Positions 18,962-29,361 of a stretch of 64,000 bases of DNA are shown piece after piece. A program made the translations under genes and the position numbers. The stretch is from the NCBI GenBank assembly GCA_963664815.2, contig CAXXHB010000002.1:768001-832000 (forward strand). Direction: 5' to 3'. The notes under the pieces were generated by a model, which saw only the letters and a program-made list of their open reading frames with translations, was not told the origin of the DNA and did no database searches. Source of the stretch: Spirochaetota bacterium (lineage in GTDB: Bacteria; Spirochaetota; UBA4802; UBA5550). Every line of letters starts with the position of its first letter. Position 1 is the stretch's first letter.

Positions 18962-19563
18962 AATTGACAGGGGATAAATTAAGTCTGCCAAATATTTTTT
19001 CATACCTGAGAATAATTTTGATTCCATTTATAATTTATTTTCTGACAATAAGGACTGTTGAATACCTGATATATGCTCTTCTCATTTTCGGGTTTGCTTC
19101 ATTAACAGATTTTATTGATGGTTGGCTTGCGCGAAAACTGAAACAGGAATCTGAGTTTGGAAAATTTATAGATCCACTTGCAGACAAATTTCTTGTAATA
19201 TCCTCACTCATAGCCATTATAGCCATTGACCCCTATTTTGAAGTTTTTGATTCATGGATGATTGTAATTATTGCAGGAAGAGATATTCTTATTACGGTGA
19301 TGAGGTGGTTTGCTATAAAAAAAGGTAAACCGCTACGCACAAGCAGATTTGGAAAATTTAAAACTGCATTCCAGATGCTTTCAATTGTTATTATTATAAT
19401 GATTTATATGTCAAAGAGAAGCGGTTTTATCGACACACATGAATCAATCCCTTACTGGATTATGCTTACTGTAACTTTAATGACAGCGCTTTCCGGAGTG
19501 CGGTATATTGTTACAAACTGGCAACTTTTTTTCCCCGCTAAAAAAAATTCCGAGGTCAGATGA
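18958..19563 (+). CDS. pgsA: CDP-diacylglycerol--glycerol-3-phosphate 3-phosphatidyltransferase
   Basis: TDFIDGWLAR...FGKFIDPLADK CDP-alcohol motif; GKFKTAFQ. Confidence 0.93.
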   Translation: MKLTGDKLSLPNIFSYLRIILIPFIIYFLTIRTVEYLIYALLIFGFASLTDFIDGWLARKLKQESEFGKFIDPLADKFLVISSLIAIIAIDPYFEVFDSWMIVIIAGRDILITVMRWFAIKKGKPLRTSRFGKFKTAFQMLSIVIIIMIYMSKRSGFIDTHESIPYWIMLTVTLMTALSGVRYIVTNWQLFFPAKKNSEVR

Positions 19564-20051
19564 AAATAAAAGAATTCTTCTTTACCGTTTTTTATTCAGG
19601 TTATTCCCCGGTAGCTCCAGGAACTGCAGGCACCATTGTTGCCATGGCAATTTATATGTTGGAAAATCTTATATTTTCAGATTCAGATCCATTTGTTTTA
19701 AATGTTTGCAATCTGGTAATTATAATACTGCTGATTTATCCGTCGATAAAACTTGGTGATGCTGCTGAAAAATTTTATGGGTCCAAAGATCCACAGCAGG
19801 TTGTTCTTGATGAAGTTCTTGGTTACTGGATTGGAATTCTTTTTATTCCATTTAGCTTTTCATATGCTCTTTTGGCATTCATTGTTTTCAGGGGATTTGA
19901 TATTATTAAACCTTTCCCGGCAGGTTTGCTTGAATCCCTGACCGGGGGATTAGGGATCATGATAGATGATATTATAGCAGGACTTTACACTCTTGCAGTT
20001 ATGCATGCTGTTGTTTATTTTTTTAATTACTACAATATTATTCTGCCATAG
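19560..20051 (+). CDS. pgpA: Phosphatidylglycerophosphatase A
   Basis: APGTAGT, KDPQQVVLDE, FRGFDIIKP, GGLGIMIDD. Confidence 0.93.
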   Translation: MKIKEFFFTVFYSGYSPVAPGTAGTIVAMAIYMLENLIFSDSDPFVLNVCNLVIIILLIYPSIKLGDAAEKFYGSKDPQQVVLDEVLGYWIGILFIPFSFSYALLAFIVFRGFDIIKPFPAGLLESLTGGLGIMIDDIIAGLYTLAVMHAVVYFFNYYNIILP

Positions 20052-20088
20052 ATTATAATAAAAAATATTTATCCCGAGGAGTTTTCTG

Positions 20089-20544
20089 ATGATGATAAAG
20101 AAACATATATTTTCATGTTTACTTCTGGTTTTTATTATCGGTGTTCCGATTTTTCCTCAAAATCAGACACCGGTAGATAACACAACGACAAAAACAGCAC
20201 TCAATCAGGATGAGTTATCATCTATAGAAAAAAGATTTAAATCAATCGATGAGTCTATAGTTTATCTAAAAAAGAAAAATGTAGATATAAATGATATAAT
20301 TACAATGTATGCAGATGCGGAAAACATGCTCAAGGAATTAAAGTATAACTCTGAATTGAAAGATTACTACATGACCTTAAGATATTTGGCAGATAAACTG
20401 TCAATTATAGATGAAAAAACTTCTGAAAGATTAACACTTGCCAAAAGGATGAATCTTATATATATTCTAATGGTAGGGATGGGATTGAGTATTGTTTTAA
20501 TAATGGGACTATACTCTATATATATGTATTTAGGGAGAAAGTAA
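20089..20544 (+). CDS. Hypothetical exported/membrane-anchored protein
   Basis: SD GAGGAG, N-terminal signal peptide, helical middle, C-terminal TM. Confidence 0.7.
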   Translation: MMIKKHIFSCLLLVFIIGVPIFPQNQTPVDNTTTKTALNQDELSSIEKRFKSIDESIVYLKKKNVDINDIITMYADAENMLKELKYNSELKDYYMTLRYLADKLSIIDEKTSERLTLAKRMNLIYILMVGMGLSIVLIMGLYSIYMYLGRK

Positions 20545-20549
20545 ACTGA

Positions 20550-21038
20550 TTGGAAAGAAATTATCTATTCAATACAGAAAAGATAAAATATGTGAAAGGA
20601 GACAAGCCTTCAGTAGATTGTATCCTCTGTGCCATAAGGGACTCAAATCCTCTTGTAAAAAATCTTAATGTCTACACTACTGATAAGTTTATAATTGCAG
20701 TGAATCTTTTTCCCTTTAATCCGGGTCATGTTATGATTTTTCCTAAAAGACATATATGTAATATTAAAGAATTGACCAACACCGAGGCACTGGAAATGCA
20801 TTCCCTGCTGGTTAAAACTATCGGATTTATTGATGAGGAGTTCAATCCATCCGGATATAATATTGGATATAATCTGGGTGATGGGAGTGGGGCGAGTATA
20901 CCTCATCTTCATCAGCATATAGTGCCAAGGTATTCGAATGAAGTAGGTTTTCTTGATGTGCTTTCAGGAACAAGGGTTGTTGTAAGCGATCCGGTTGATG
21001 TTATGAAAAAACTAAAGCTCAGGTTCAATATGCTGTAG
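20550..21038 (+). CDS. HIT family hydrolase
   Basis: CILC, PFNPGH, HLHQHIVPR. Confidence 0.92.
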   Translation: MERNYLFNTEKIKYVKGDKPSVDCILCAIRDSNPLVKNLNVYTTDKFIIAVNLFPFNPGHVMIFPKRHICNIKELTNTEALEMHSLLVKTIGFIDEEFNPSGYNIGYNLGDGSGASIPHLHQHIVPRYSNEVGFLDVLSGTRVVVSDPVDVMKKLKLRFNML

Positions 21039-21058
21039 TTAGAAACACGGAGGTATCG

Positions 21059-22438
21059 GTGCGGGAGAAAATATTACTTAATGAAAGGTTTGGTGTTGTT
21101 GAAATTAGTAAAACCGGAATAATTACCGGTCATAATAGATACGCTGTGTCAGCACTCTCTCCGGTTAATAGAATAAATAAAACTGGAGATATAAGAGGTT
21201 TGAATATAGAGGTATTTACTCATGATGACAGTAAAAAGTCTTTTGATTTAGAAATACCAGCGAGATTTATCTTTTCAGTAAAAGGGATTAAACACATAGA
21301 TACAATTTATTATAAGGAAACGGAATCGGCTATAGTCAGGTTTGTGCAGAACAATGAAGCGTTATCTCCTTTTTTTAATGTGATACAATTATCTTCAACT
21401 CTATATATTGAACTTGATACTGATCTTAATATTATATTTGCCACAGACTGGTTCTGGCAAATTTCAGGAGTAGAAAAATCCTTGTTTTGCGGAGAAGGTA
21501 TTTCAGTATTTACTGATAAAAAGAATACCGGTAAAATAAATTCTACCTTGGAAATTTTCAACAAGAACATTGTCAGTTTGATTACACTTGAAGATATTCA
21601 GTTCACATTCAATGGCACTGCCCGTTTGTATGATCTTGAGATAACTCCGGTTAATGATGTCAAAGGCTCATTCGCTGGTATTATCTGTCACCTCATCGAC
21701 AGATCTTATATCAGGAAATGCAGGGAGATGAGTAGAAGCATGAGAAGAATGAGTGCAGTGGCGAACTTTGCCGGTGGAATTGCACATGATTATAATAATG
21801 CTCTTACTGCAGTTCTTGGAAATTTGTCTCTTGCGAAAATGGATGTTGAGAAAGGGAGTGAACTGGAAGAACTGCTTAATGATGCCGAAAGTGCCGGGTT
21901 GAGAATTAAAATCCTTACGGAACGGCTTGGACTTTTTTCACGAGGAATGAAACCGGTAAAAACAAAGACGGACATAAAAAAGCTTATAGAAAACATCACA
22001 CCTGAAATTTTTTCCGATTATAAAGGCCATTATAAAATTACTGTTCAGGATAATCTCAATCTTCCGGAGATTGACCGCGAACTTATCAGTGAAGCTTTAA
22101 GTCACATTATTGAAAATGCCATAGATGCGGTTGAAGGGACTGATGGAAATATTATAATAGAAGCAGAAGAGATTCAGGTGCAGAAGGAATCAGTATTCAG
22201 GGAAATTACACTTGTTTCTGGAAGATATGTTTTAATATCAGTAAAAGATAACGGGTCTGGTATTGATCCATATTCTTACAATGAAATATTTGATCCATAT
22301 GTAACAACAAAGATCGGACGTGAAGGTCTGGGACTTGCACTTGCTTATACGATTATCAAAAGGCATAGAGGTTTTATCTCGGTTGAACCCTCCGAAAACG
22401 GCGGCTCTGTTTTCAGTATTTTTCTTCCACTATTTTAA
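21059..22438 (+). CDS. PAS-domain sensor histidine kinase
   Basis: GIAHDYNNALT H-box, ENAIDA, DNGSGI, FDPYVTTK, GLGLA. Confidence 0.9.
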   Translation: MREKILLNERFGVVEISKTGIITGHNRYAVSALSPVNRINKTGDIRGLNIEVFTHDDSKKSFDLEIPARFIFSVKGIKHIDTIYYKETESAIVRFVQNNEALSPFFNVIQLSSTLYIELDTDLNIIFATDWFWQISGVEKSLFCGEGISVFTDKKNTGKINSTLEIFNKNIVSLITLEDIQFTFNGTARLYDLEITPVNDVKGSFAGIICHLIDRSYIRKCREMSRSMRRMSAVANFAGGIAHDYNNALTAVLGNLSLAKMDVEKGSELEELLNDAESAGLRIKILTERLGLFSRGMKPVKTKTDIKKLIENITPEIFSDYKGHYKITVQDNLNLPEIDRELISEALSHIIENAIDAVEGTDGNIIIEAEEIQVQKESVFREITLVSGRYVLISVKDNGSGIDPYSYNEIFDPYVTTKIGREGLGLALAYTIIKRHRGFISVEPSENGGSVFSIFLPLF

Positions 22439-22783
22439 ATAATATTTGAATTTCATGATAACTGTATTTAAACAGGATTTTTTCATCATTTATAGTTGAA
22501 AAATACTTTTCCAGTTATTAATTTTTAATGGTCTACCCATTTATGTTTCTTTAATTGCTTTTATAATTAAAATGTGATAATACTTTAAGAAGGCATGGCC
22601 ATAAAATTTAATTTATAGAAAATTATTTTTAATTCAGAAGGGATGATACAAACACTCTTTGCAAACAGTAATGCAGTACCTCTAGCATGATCAATCTGAG
22701 ATCTGAGAAATGACGTTGGAATCAGTTTTTTGTTAATTGAAAGCCTGTTATTAAAAAACTCATTATTATATGGAGATTCATAT

Positions 22784-25342
22784 ATGAAGAAAATCAGAGA
22801 ATTCAAGGTAGTCCCTTATCTTCCGGAAAGACTTAAGCCTCTTATGAAGATTGCAAATAATTTATGGTGGGTATGGAATTTTGAAGCAATAGACTTATTC
22901 AGGAGAATTGATGTTGATCTCTGGCGTGAAGTGGGCCATAATCCTATAAACTTTCTTGGAACACTGTCACAGAGAGCTCTTGACAGAGCTGCCGAATCAG
23001 AGAGCTTTGTTGCTCATATGCATAGAGTAGAAAATGAACTGGAACGTCACATGACAAGAATCTCATGGTATGACCAGAATAGTGAGAATATTAAACATCA
23101 GGTTATAGCTTATTACTCGGCTGAGTTTGGAATTCATGAATGCTTACCTATATACTCTGGTGGACTTGGAGTTCTGGCGGGAGATCATTTAAAATCTGCA
23201 AGTGAGCTGGGACTACCTCTTTACGGGATGGGGTTACTCTACAGACTTGGTTACTTCAGGCAATATCTTAACCTTGATGGATGGCAGCAGGAGAGATATC
23301 CAGAAACTGACTTCTATAATATACCGATAAATCCAGTTATTGATGAATCAGGAGAACAATTGGTTATAGGTGTGGAATATCCAGGCAGAATGGTTTATGC
23401 AAAAATCTGGGTAGTGCTGATAGGTAAAGTGAAATTGTTCCTCCTGGATGCAAATATCGAACTCAATAGCATTGATGACAGAGCAATAACAGATCAGCTT
23501 TATGGCGGAGATAATGAGATGAGAATTCGGCAGGAAATCATGCTTGGCATCGGAGGCGTAAGAGCATTCAGAGCAATGGGGATTAATATTACAGTATATC
23601 ACATGAATGAAGGGCATGCGGCTTTTCTGGCTATTGAAAGGATAAGATTGGAGATGAAAGAGCATGGCATGACATTCAATGAAGCTCTTTCATATGTGAC
23701 AGCAAGTAACCTTTTTACAACACATACCCCTGTTCCTGCAGGGAATGACCGTTTTCTTCCTGAAATGATTGATAGGTATTTTTCTGATATTTACAAAGAA
23801 CTTGGAATTGATTCTGATGCGTTTATGGCTTTAGGGAGGGAAAATCCTTTTGATAAAAAAGAGGAGTTTTGTATGACGGTTCTAGCGGTAAAATCTGCTT
23901 TTGGCTGCAATGGTGTATCAAAACTTCATGGAGAAGTTTCAAGAAAAATGTGGAACAATATATGGCCGCAGCTTCCATCACATGAAGTTCCTATAGGACA
24001 CATTACAAATGGTATACAAACTCTTTCATGGACTTCTGATGAAATGATGAGGCTTTTTAACAGGTATCTTGGACCAGACTGGATTGATAATCCCGCTTCA
24101 AAAGATATTTGGAAAGGAATTGATAATATCCCAGATTCTGAGTTATGGAGATGTAGGGAAAGATTGAGGGAAAGACTGGTTAGTTTTTCAAGAAAACGCC
24201 TTCATAATCAACTGGTGGCAAGAGGTGTTCCAAAAAAACAGGCAATAGTCGCCAGTTCTGTACTCGACTCCGAAGCGCTGACAATAGGGTTTGCCCGAAG
24301 ATTTGCAACTTATAAGAGAGCAACGCTTCTTTTTCGCGATATGGAAAGGTTATATAATATATTATCATCACAGAAGCGACCGGTACAGATTGTGTTTTCC
24401 GGGAAAGCACATCCTAGAGATGCGTTGGGAAAAGAATTTATAAAAGAGATAATACATACTTCGCGTGATGAGAAACTGAGAAAAAAAATTGTATTCCTTG
24501 AAGATTACGATATCAATGTTGCAAGGTATATTGTGCAGGGTGTAGATATCTGGCTAAACAATCCTATTAGACCAAAAGAGGCATCTGGTACCAGTGGAAT
24601 GAAAGTAGTACCAAATGGTGGAATAAATGTCAGTATCCTAGACGGGTGGTGGGATGAGGCTTATAATTCAAATAATGGATGGGCTATTGGCAGCGGCGAG
24701 ATATATGACGATCAGAATTACCAGGATGAGGTAGAGAGCCTTTCACTGTACAATCTTCTGGAGGAGGAAATTATTCCGTTATTTTACTCAAGAGCGGATG
24801 ACGGGATCCCTGAGGCCTGGCTTGCAAAAATAAAGGAGTCTATGAAAAGTATTATTCCAGAATTTAATACCAACAGAATGGTTAAGGATTATACTGAAAA
24901 ATATTACCACCTTGCCCATACAAATTATACAGAGTACCTTAAAGATAAACTCAAAGTATCTAAGGAACTTGCAGCGTGGAAGGAGAAAATAAAAAAAGTC
25001 TGGCCTGATGCGCGTGTCCTTGAAATGAATATTGAAGATGAAACGGTTGTCACTGTGGGTTCGGTTCTTCGTGTCAGTGCAAAAATTAATCTGGGGAAAA
25101 TATCTCCGGAAGATGTGCTCACAGAACTATACTTTGGGTCTGTGGATCAGTTCGGTGACATAAGCGATGGGGTTGCGGTACCGATGGATCGTGTTGGCAG
25201 TGATGGAGATGGATTATATTCCTATACAGGTCAGATGTTATGTCTCCAGTCTGGACGTTTTGGTTACAGTGTAAGAATCATCCCATTCAACCGGAATATG
25301 TCGAGAAAGTTCGATCCTGAACTTCCACTCACATGGGCTTAA
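22784..25342 (+). CDS. glgP: Alpha-glucan (glycogen/maltodextrin) phosphorylase
   Basis: YSGGLGVLAGD, HMNEGH, FARRFATYKR, EASGTSGMK. Start set at ATG 22784 (SD GGAGA). Confidence 0.95.
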   Translation: MKKIREFKVVPYLPERLKPLMKIANNLWWVWNFEAIDLFRRIDVDLWREVGHNPINFLGTLSQRALDRAAESESFVAHMHRVENELERHMTRISWYDQNSENIKHQVIAYYSAEFGIHECLPIYSGGLGVLAGDHLKSASELGLPLYGMGLLYRLGYFRQYLNLDGWQQERYPETDFYNIPINPVIDESGEQLVIGVEYPGRMVYAKIWVVLIGKVKLFLLDANIELNSIDDRAITDQLYGGDNEMRIRQEIMLGIGGVRAFRAMGINITVYHMNEGHAAFLAIERIRLEMKEHGMTFNEALSYVTASNLFTTHTPVPAGNDRFLPEMIDRYFSDIYKELGIDSDAFMALGRENPFDKKEEFCMTVLAVKSAFGCNGVSKLHGEVSRKMWNNIWPQLPSHEVPIGHITNGIQTLSWTSDEMMRLFNRYLGPDWIDNPASKDIWKGIDNIPDSELWRCRERLRERLVSFSRKRLHNQLVARGVPKKQAIVASSVLDSEALTIGFARRFATYKRATLLFRDMERLYNILSSQKRPVQIVFSGKAHPRDALGKEFIKEIIHTSRDEKLRKKIVFLEDYDINVARYIVQGVDIWLNNPIRPKEASGTSGMKVVPNGGINVSILDGWWDEAYNSNNGWAIGSGEIYDDQNYQDEVESLSLYNLLEEEIIPLFYSRADDGIPEAWLAKIKESMKSIIPEFNTNRMVKDYTEKYYHLAHTNYTEYLKDKLKVSKELAAWKEKIKKVWPDARVLEMNIEDETVVTVGSVLRVSAKINLGKISPEDVLTELYFGSVDQFGDISDGVAVPMDRVGSDGDGLYSYTGQMLCLQSGRFGYSVRIIPFNRNMSRKFDPELPLTWA

Positions 25343-25542
25343 AATTTTTTAAAAAAATTTTATTTTAACTGTTTGACTTATTTAATATAAATTCTAGTAT
25401 TGAAACGAATCATACCAGCAGTAACGGCAGTATATCTGCCGTTTCTTCATTTTCGTTTGTTGAAAATATTTCGTTATTTAAATTATACTAAAAATGATAA
25501 TTTATCGTCAGATGTAATATCAATATCTGTAAAAGGAATTAT

Positions 25543-25677
25543 ATGCGTGAAGCTAATAATATAAGTGATACAATTAAAAATAAACAATATATGGACAAAA
25601 TAAGAGAGTCTCTAATAAAAAAAAATATTGAAGATAATAATAAGGAAGAGCTTGAATTTCTTCTGAAAAGGCTTTAA
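25543..25677 (+). CDS. Small hypothetical protein (44 aa, MREANNISDTIKNKQYMDKIRESLIKKNIEDNNKEELEFLLKRL)
   Basis: Not in the ORF track. AAAGGA SD, upstream TTGACT..TAGTAT promoter-like site, fills the gap before a convergent gene. Confidence 0.5.
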   Translation: MREANNISDTIKNKQYMDKIRESLIKKNIEDNNKEELEFLLKRL

Positions 25678-25684
25678 TAAAAAA

Positions 25685-26938
25685 TCATATAATTGAATTT
25701 TTCCAGAGTTGTACTGATTGCCGATAGTAATCAAAGGGAGGAGGCCCGATTTCCGTTTTTTGAATTATAAGTCTTCTTGCCCATCTTCTTTCTGTAAGTT
25801 CACAAATATCTTTTATATTTCTTCCTGCCAGAGTTTCAGTTTTAGAACTTAAAAAAAGACAGTCATTATCGGATAGCTGTTTTGCATAATTGCTGAATAT
25901 AGCTGCACGTTCTTCGGCGTTCGGATATGGAAATTTTATAATCTGGTCGAACCTGCTTAGGAGTGCACTGTCGAGATCATTCATTCTGTTGGTGGCTCCA
26001 ATAGTCAATGTTTTTTCAGCAGCATCAATACCGTCTAGTTTTCTCAACAGTACTGATAGTATTCTTCGGGTTGCTTCAAACATATTCTGATCTCTTGACC
26101 CAGCTAGAGAATCTATTTCATCAAGGAAAATTACAGCGCCTCCCATAAGATCGCACATATCAAAAATTTCTGACATGTTTTTGGAGGATTGCCCGTACCA
26201 TTTAGACATTATGGATTCAACGGGCACATATACCAGTGGGAGGCTGCTCTCCCCGGCAATAATTCTTGCTGCAGTTGTTTTACCAACACCTGGGGGCCCT
26301 TCGAAGAGTATTGCTTTTGGCCTATTAGACTCAAAACTCTTTCTGGTCATACCGGCTATCGTATCGTAGATTTCAGGGTTCTGTATTGGAAGAATTATCG
26401 ATTCTTTTATTTTTCTTTTTATATCGGCATAACCGGCTATATAATCCCAGTTGGGAGTATCATTGCCATTAATTATAGAAGCTCCGAGTTCCTTGAGCCT
26501 TTCTTCAGGACTGAATAATGCTCCTGAATTCATACACCGGATTATTTCTATGACTGAATTTATCTCTTCCTGTGAAAGATTACCTTTCTTTGTTATCTCA
26601 ACATAAGAATTTACAATACTGAAAAAATCTATTTTCAGATTATCAGTAATATTTTCAGTGTTAAAGATATTATTGTTAAGGGATTGAAAGCTGTAATGAC
26701 CCTTTTCAAAGGATAGTATTCTCAAATTTTCAATATGCTTTTTTATAATCTCAAGTGAATCAAAAAGCATAATATCGGTTAAAGAGGGAATCCCTGCTTT
26801 TATTCTGCTTAATCCTTTCTGAAATTCTATAGTGAGTCCAGTATCAGAAGTGGCATTTCCCGGAAGTCCGATTAATGCAGTTTCAATCTGATTTTTCATC
26901 TGGTCAAAGGAGATGAGATCGTTTTGCGAATTATTCAT
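25685..26938 (-). CDS. AAA+ ATPase
   Basis: Walker A GPPGVGKT, Walker B IFLDEID, SRH ATNRMNDLDSALLSRFD. Confidence 0.9.
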   Translation of the reverse strand: MNNSQNDLISFDQMKNQIETALIGLPGNATSDTGLTIEFQKGLSRIKAGIPSLTDIMLFDSLEIIKKHIENLRILSFEKGHYSFQSLNNNIFNTENITDNLKIDFFSIVNSYVEITKKGNLSQEEINSVIEIIRCMNSGALFSPEERLKELGASIINGNDTPNWDYIAGYADIKRKIKESIILPIQNPEIYDTIAGMTRKSFESNRPKAILFEGPPGVGKTTAARIIAGESSLPLVYVPVESIMSKWYGQSSKNMSEIFDMCDLMGGAVIFLDEIDSLAGSRDQNMFEATRRILSVLLRKLDGIDAAEKTLTIGATNRMNDLDSALLSRFDQIIKFPYPNAEERAAIFSNYAKQLSDNDCLFLSSKTETLAGRNIKDICELTERRWARRLIIQKTEIGPPPFDYYRQSVQLWKNSII

Positions 26939-26954
26939 TATTATCAGCAGCCTC

Positions 26955-27557
26955 TTATAGAATGAATTTTAGTTTTATAACTTTGCGGCATTTTTCCATC
27001 ATTTTTGTATAATCTTCATTCCATTCACTTTTAATAATTACAAGGAATATTTCACTTTTCCTTATTTTGAGCAAATCAATTTTTTCACCACTATCATCAA
27101 GATCTACAATACCTGAAATTTCCCTGGTACATAAGTATTTACCTTCACTTTTAAATACATTGTTAAATTTATGTTCTTTATCATCGGCATAATACCAAAA
27201 ATTTGGAGAATTTAATGAAAGGTAGATTACAGAATCTCTGTTAAAAAGTTCTTCGACAATTCCGGTTTTTTTAAATCCTGATAGATCATTTAGGGGTAAA
27301 CCTGATTTTGCGTTATTAAAGGTTTCCGGTGAAAAAGAGGCATGGACAAAAACGGTATCCGGTTTAGAAAATCGGAATTTAATCGAAAACCTGGTTCTTC
27401 TTATTTCGGCTGTATCATCAAAAATATTAATTAAATGTCCATCCTGTTCAATCGATATATCAATTGTGTCTTCCTGGATTTTTTTAATGTTTTGATCGGA
27501 GGAACATCCGTATAACGCGATTCCCATCATGATGAAGAAACATAATAGTTTATTCAT
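26955..27557 (-). CDS. Hypothetical lipoprotein
   Basis: Signal peptide with LYGC lipobox. Confidence 0.75.
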   Translation of the reverse strand: MNKLLCFFIMMGIALYGCSSDQNIKKIQEDTIDISIEQDGHLINIFDDTAEIRRTRFSIKFRFSKPDTVFVHASFSPETFNNAKSGLPLNDLSGFKKTGIVEELFNRDSVIYLSLNSPNFWYYADDKEHKFNNVFKSEGKYLCTREISGIVDLDDSGEKIDLLKIRKSEIFLVIIKSEWNEDYTKMMEKCRKVIKLKFIL

Positions 27558-27645
27558 TTTGACCTGCCATGTTTAGTAAACCGGAGAGCAAAGCTTTTTT
27601 TAATCGATTATTTTAAACAGCTAATAGCCATAAACGGAAGTCTTT

Positions 27646-28179
27646 TTAACGATTCCTTATCTTTATTAATATTAAAAGTAAAGTTTTTTTTATTATAAAA
27701 TAGACACCTGTAAAAAAAATAATTCCCAGGATTCCATAGAATATTGTTTCAATGTTAAAAGAGATTCCCGGAACAAAATTTTTTAGTGCTGCTTTGCATA
27801 TTTCAGTATCCATGTCCCTGATGAAAACAACAAATTTAGAGATTCCTTTAGATTCGGTGAGATTTTTTAATGCCGCTGATAGTTCGTTAAATCTATCTAT
27901 ATTTTCTGACATGATTTTTCCGGTAGAAACAAATTCCTTAACATTGGATTGCAGGTGCAGTCCTATATATTCATCAACAGTACGGCCGTTATCAGCTGCC
28001 GCTAACCTGTATTTTTTTATAAGGAGAGTAAGTTCGTCAACATGGCCTCCAAGTCTCTGCCGGTATTGTATGAGAAATGCCGGACACTGAATGAAAATAA
28101 TAAAACCTCCGGCTGCTATTGCACGATCAAATATTGATTCAAAGAAAATGCCTGCTAGTTTTAAAATTCTGGTAATCAT
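27646..28179 (-). CDS. DUF2937-like membrane protein
   Basis: QxPxFxxQYxQRLGGHxxE motif; terminal TM helices. Confidence 0.75.
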   Translation of the reverse strand: MITRILKLAGIFFESIFDRAIAAGGFIIFIQCPAFLIQYRQRLGGHVDELTLLIKKYRLAAADNGRTVDEYIGLHLQSNVKEFVSTGKIMSENIDRFNELSAALKNLTESKGISKFVVFIRDMDTEICKAALKNFVPGISFNIETIFYGILGIIFFTGVYFIIKKTLLLILIKIRNR

Positions 28180-28180
28180 A

Positions 28181-28588
28181 TTATTTCTGATTCCTTTTAT
28201 TAATTGTCTCTGAATCCATTACACAAGTTGCAAGAATACCTCCCCTTATATTATAGACTGTTTTGATTGAAAGAAAAACCGGCTGAATGCAATTCCATAT
28301 ATCCTTATAAATTCTGTCTGTTGCAGCTTCCTGGTAAATGCCAACATTCCTAAAAGATGTATAGTAATACTTAAGAGATTTAAGTTCAATAATTCTGTTA
28401 TTTGGGATATATTCTATCTCAACAGACGCGATGTCGGGAAGACCGGAAAATGGACATACAGAACTGAACTCTTCAGTTTCATATTTTATTCTTTGCGGAT
28501 TGCCTGTGTATTCAATACTTTCAAGTAGTGCTGCATCAATATAGCTTGCATCCACAAAGGAAAAGGTTTTTCCTTCAGCAGTTGGCAT
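28181..28588 (-). CDS. queF: NADPH-dependent preQ0 reductase (short type)
   Basis: EFSSVCPFSGLPD, ELKSLKYY, RGG. Confidence 0.9.
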   Translation of the reverse strand: MPTAEGKTFSFVDASYIDAALLESIEYTGNPQRIKYETEEFSSVCPFSGLPDIASVEIEYIPNNRIIELKSLKYYYTSFRNVGIYQEAATDRIYKDIWNCIQPVFLSIKTVYNIRGGILATCVMDSETINKRNQK

Positions 28589-28618
28589 AATATTTCTCCT
28601 GAGATTAATATTATAAAT

Positions 28619-28648
28619 ATTATAACAATTCTATGTTATTTAAGTCAA
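28619..28648 (-). promoter_or_regulatory. Sigma70 promoter of queF (TTGACT-N18-TATAAT)
   Basis: Near-consensus hexamers ~30 nt upstream of the ATG; ATAACA-N6-TGTTAT palindrome at 28622-28639 overlapping the -10 and spacer. Confidence 0.55.
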
Positions 28649-28680
28649 GAAAAAAGGAGTGATGAAAGTATATCTGTTTA

Positions 28681-29358
28681 TTACCGAATTTCTTTTATTT
28701 TAAATAATGCTTTGTTCTTATCAGTAACTGAAAATTCAGAATTACAGTATGGACAAAGTTGATCTCCAGGTTCTTTTATTCTTATAAGGGACTTACATTT
28801 TATGCATTCAATAATGAAAGCTTCAAATAAAGCATCGTTATTTTTAACTTCTGTAATGTCAACCGAAGTCTGATGTTCAGGTGTTTCAATGATTGATAAA
28901 AGATCTACAGAGGTAGACTTATTTTTTAAACTTTCTTCTGAAATGGGTTCATCTTGAGTATTGTCTTTTTCGAAAATTTGTGGTACTGGTTCTTTTGGGA
29001 AGAGTTCCATATGTCTATCCAGTATGTGCAAGGCTTCAGATCTATCTGAAACAATGTTGAATAATAAATCAAATCCGAGTAATTTGAGCAGAGAAGTGAT
29101 TTCATAGTTAAGATTAAAAAAAACCGTCAGTCCGTTTTTTTCATTTGTAAACTTCTGTAACATAAGAATAGCGCCTATACCGATACTGCTTATAAAATTA
29201 AGATTTTTCATATCTATAAGGAGATAGATAATGTTGTTATCAAGTAACTTGTTGATATAATCATCAAAGTCTGGAGCTGAGTCGCTGCTGAGATGCCCGT
29301 CAATTTCGATTATTGCTGCGGATTGTTCACCAATATCGGTATGTTTTATAAAAAACAT
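28681..29358 (-). CDS. STAS-domain (anti-anti-sigma) protein with C-terminal Zn ribbon
   Basis: IDMKNLNFISSIGIG STAS motif; CIKC...CPYC at the C-terminus. Confidence 0.85.
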   Translation of the reverse strand: MFFIKHTDIGEQSAAIIEIDGHLSSDSAPDFDDYINKLLDNNIIYLLIDMKNLNFISSIGIGAILMLQKFTNEKNGLTVFFNLNYEITSLLKLLGFDLLFNIVSDRSEALHILDRHMELFPKEPVPQIFEKDNTQDEPISEESLKNKSTSVDLLSIIETPEHQTSVDITEVKNNDALFEAFIIECIKCKSLIRIKEPGDQLCPYCNSEFSVTDKNKALFKIKEIR

Positions 29359-29361
29359 TTA

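Noticed and set aside
28621-28632. 12-mer TATAACAATTCT in the queF promoter, identical to the reverse complement of 9451-9462
   Set aside because: An AT-rich 12-mer match is plausible by chance in 64 kb of low-GC DNA; no further similarity.
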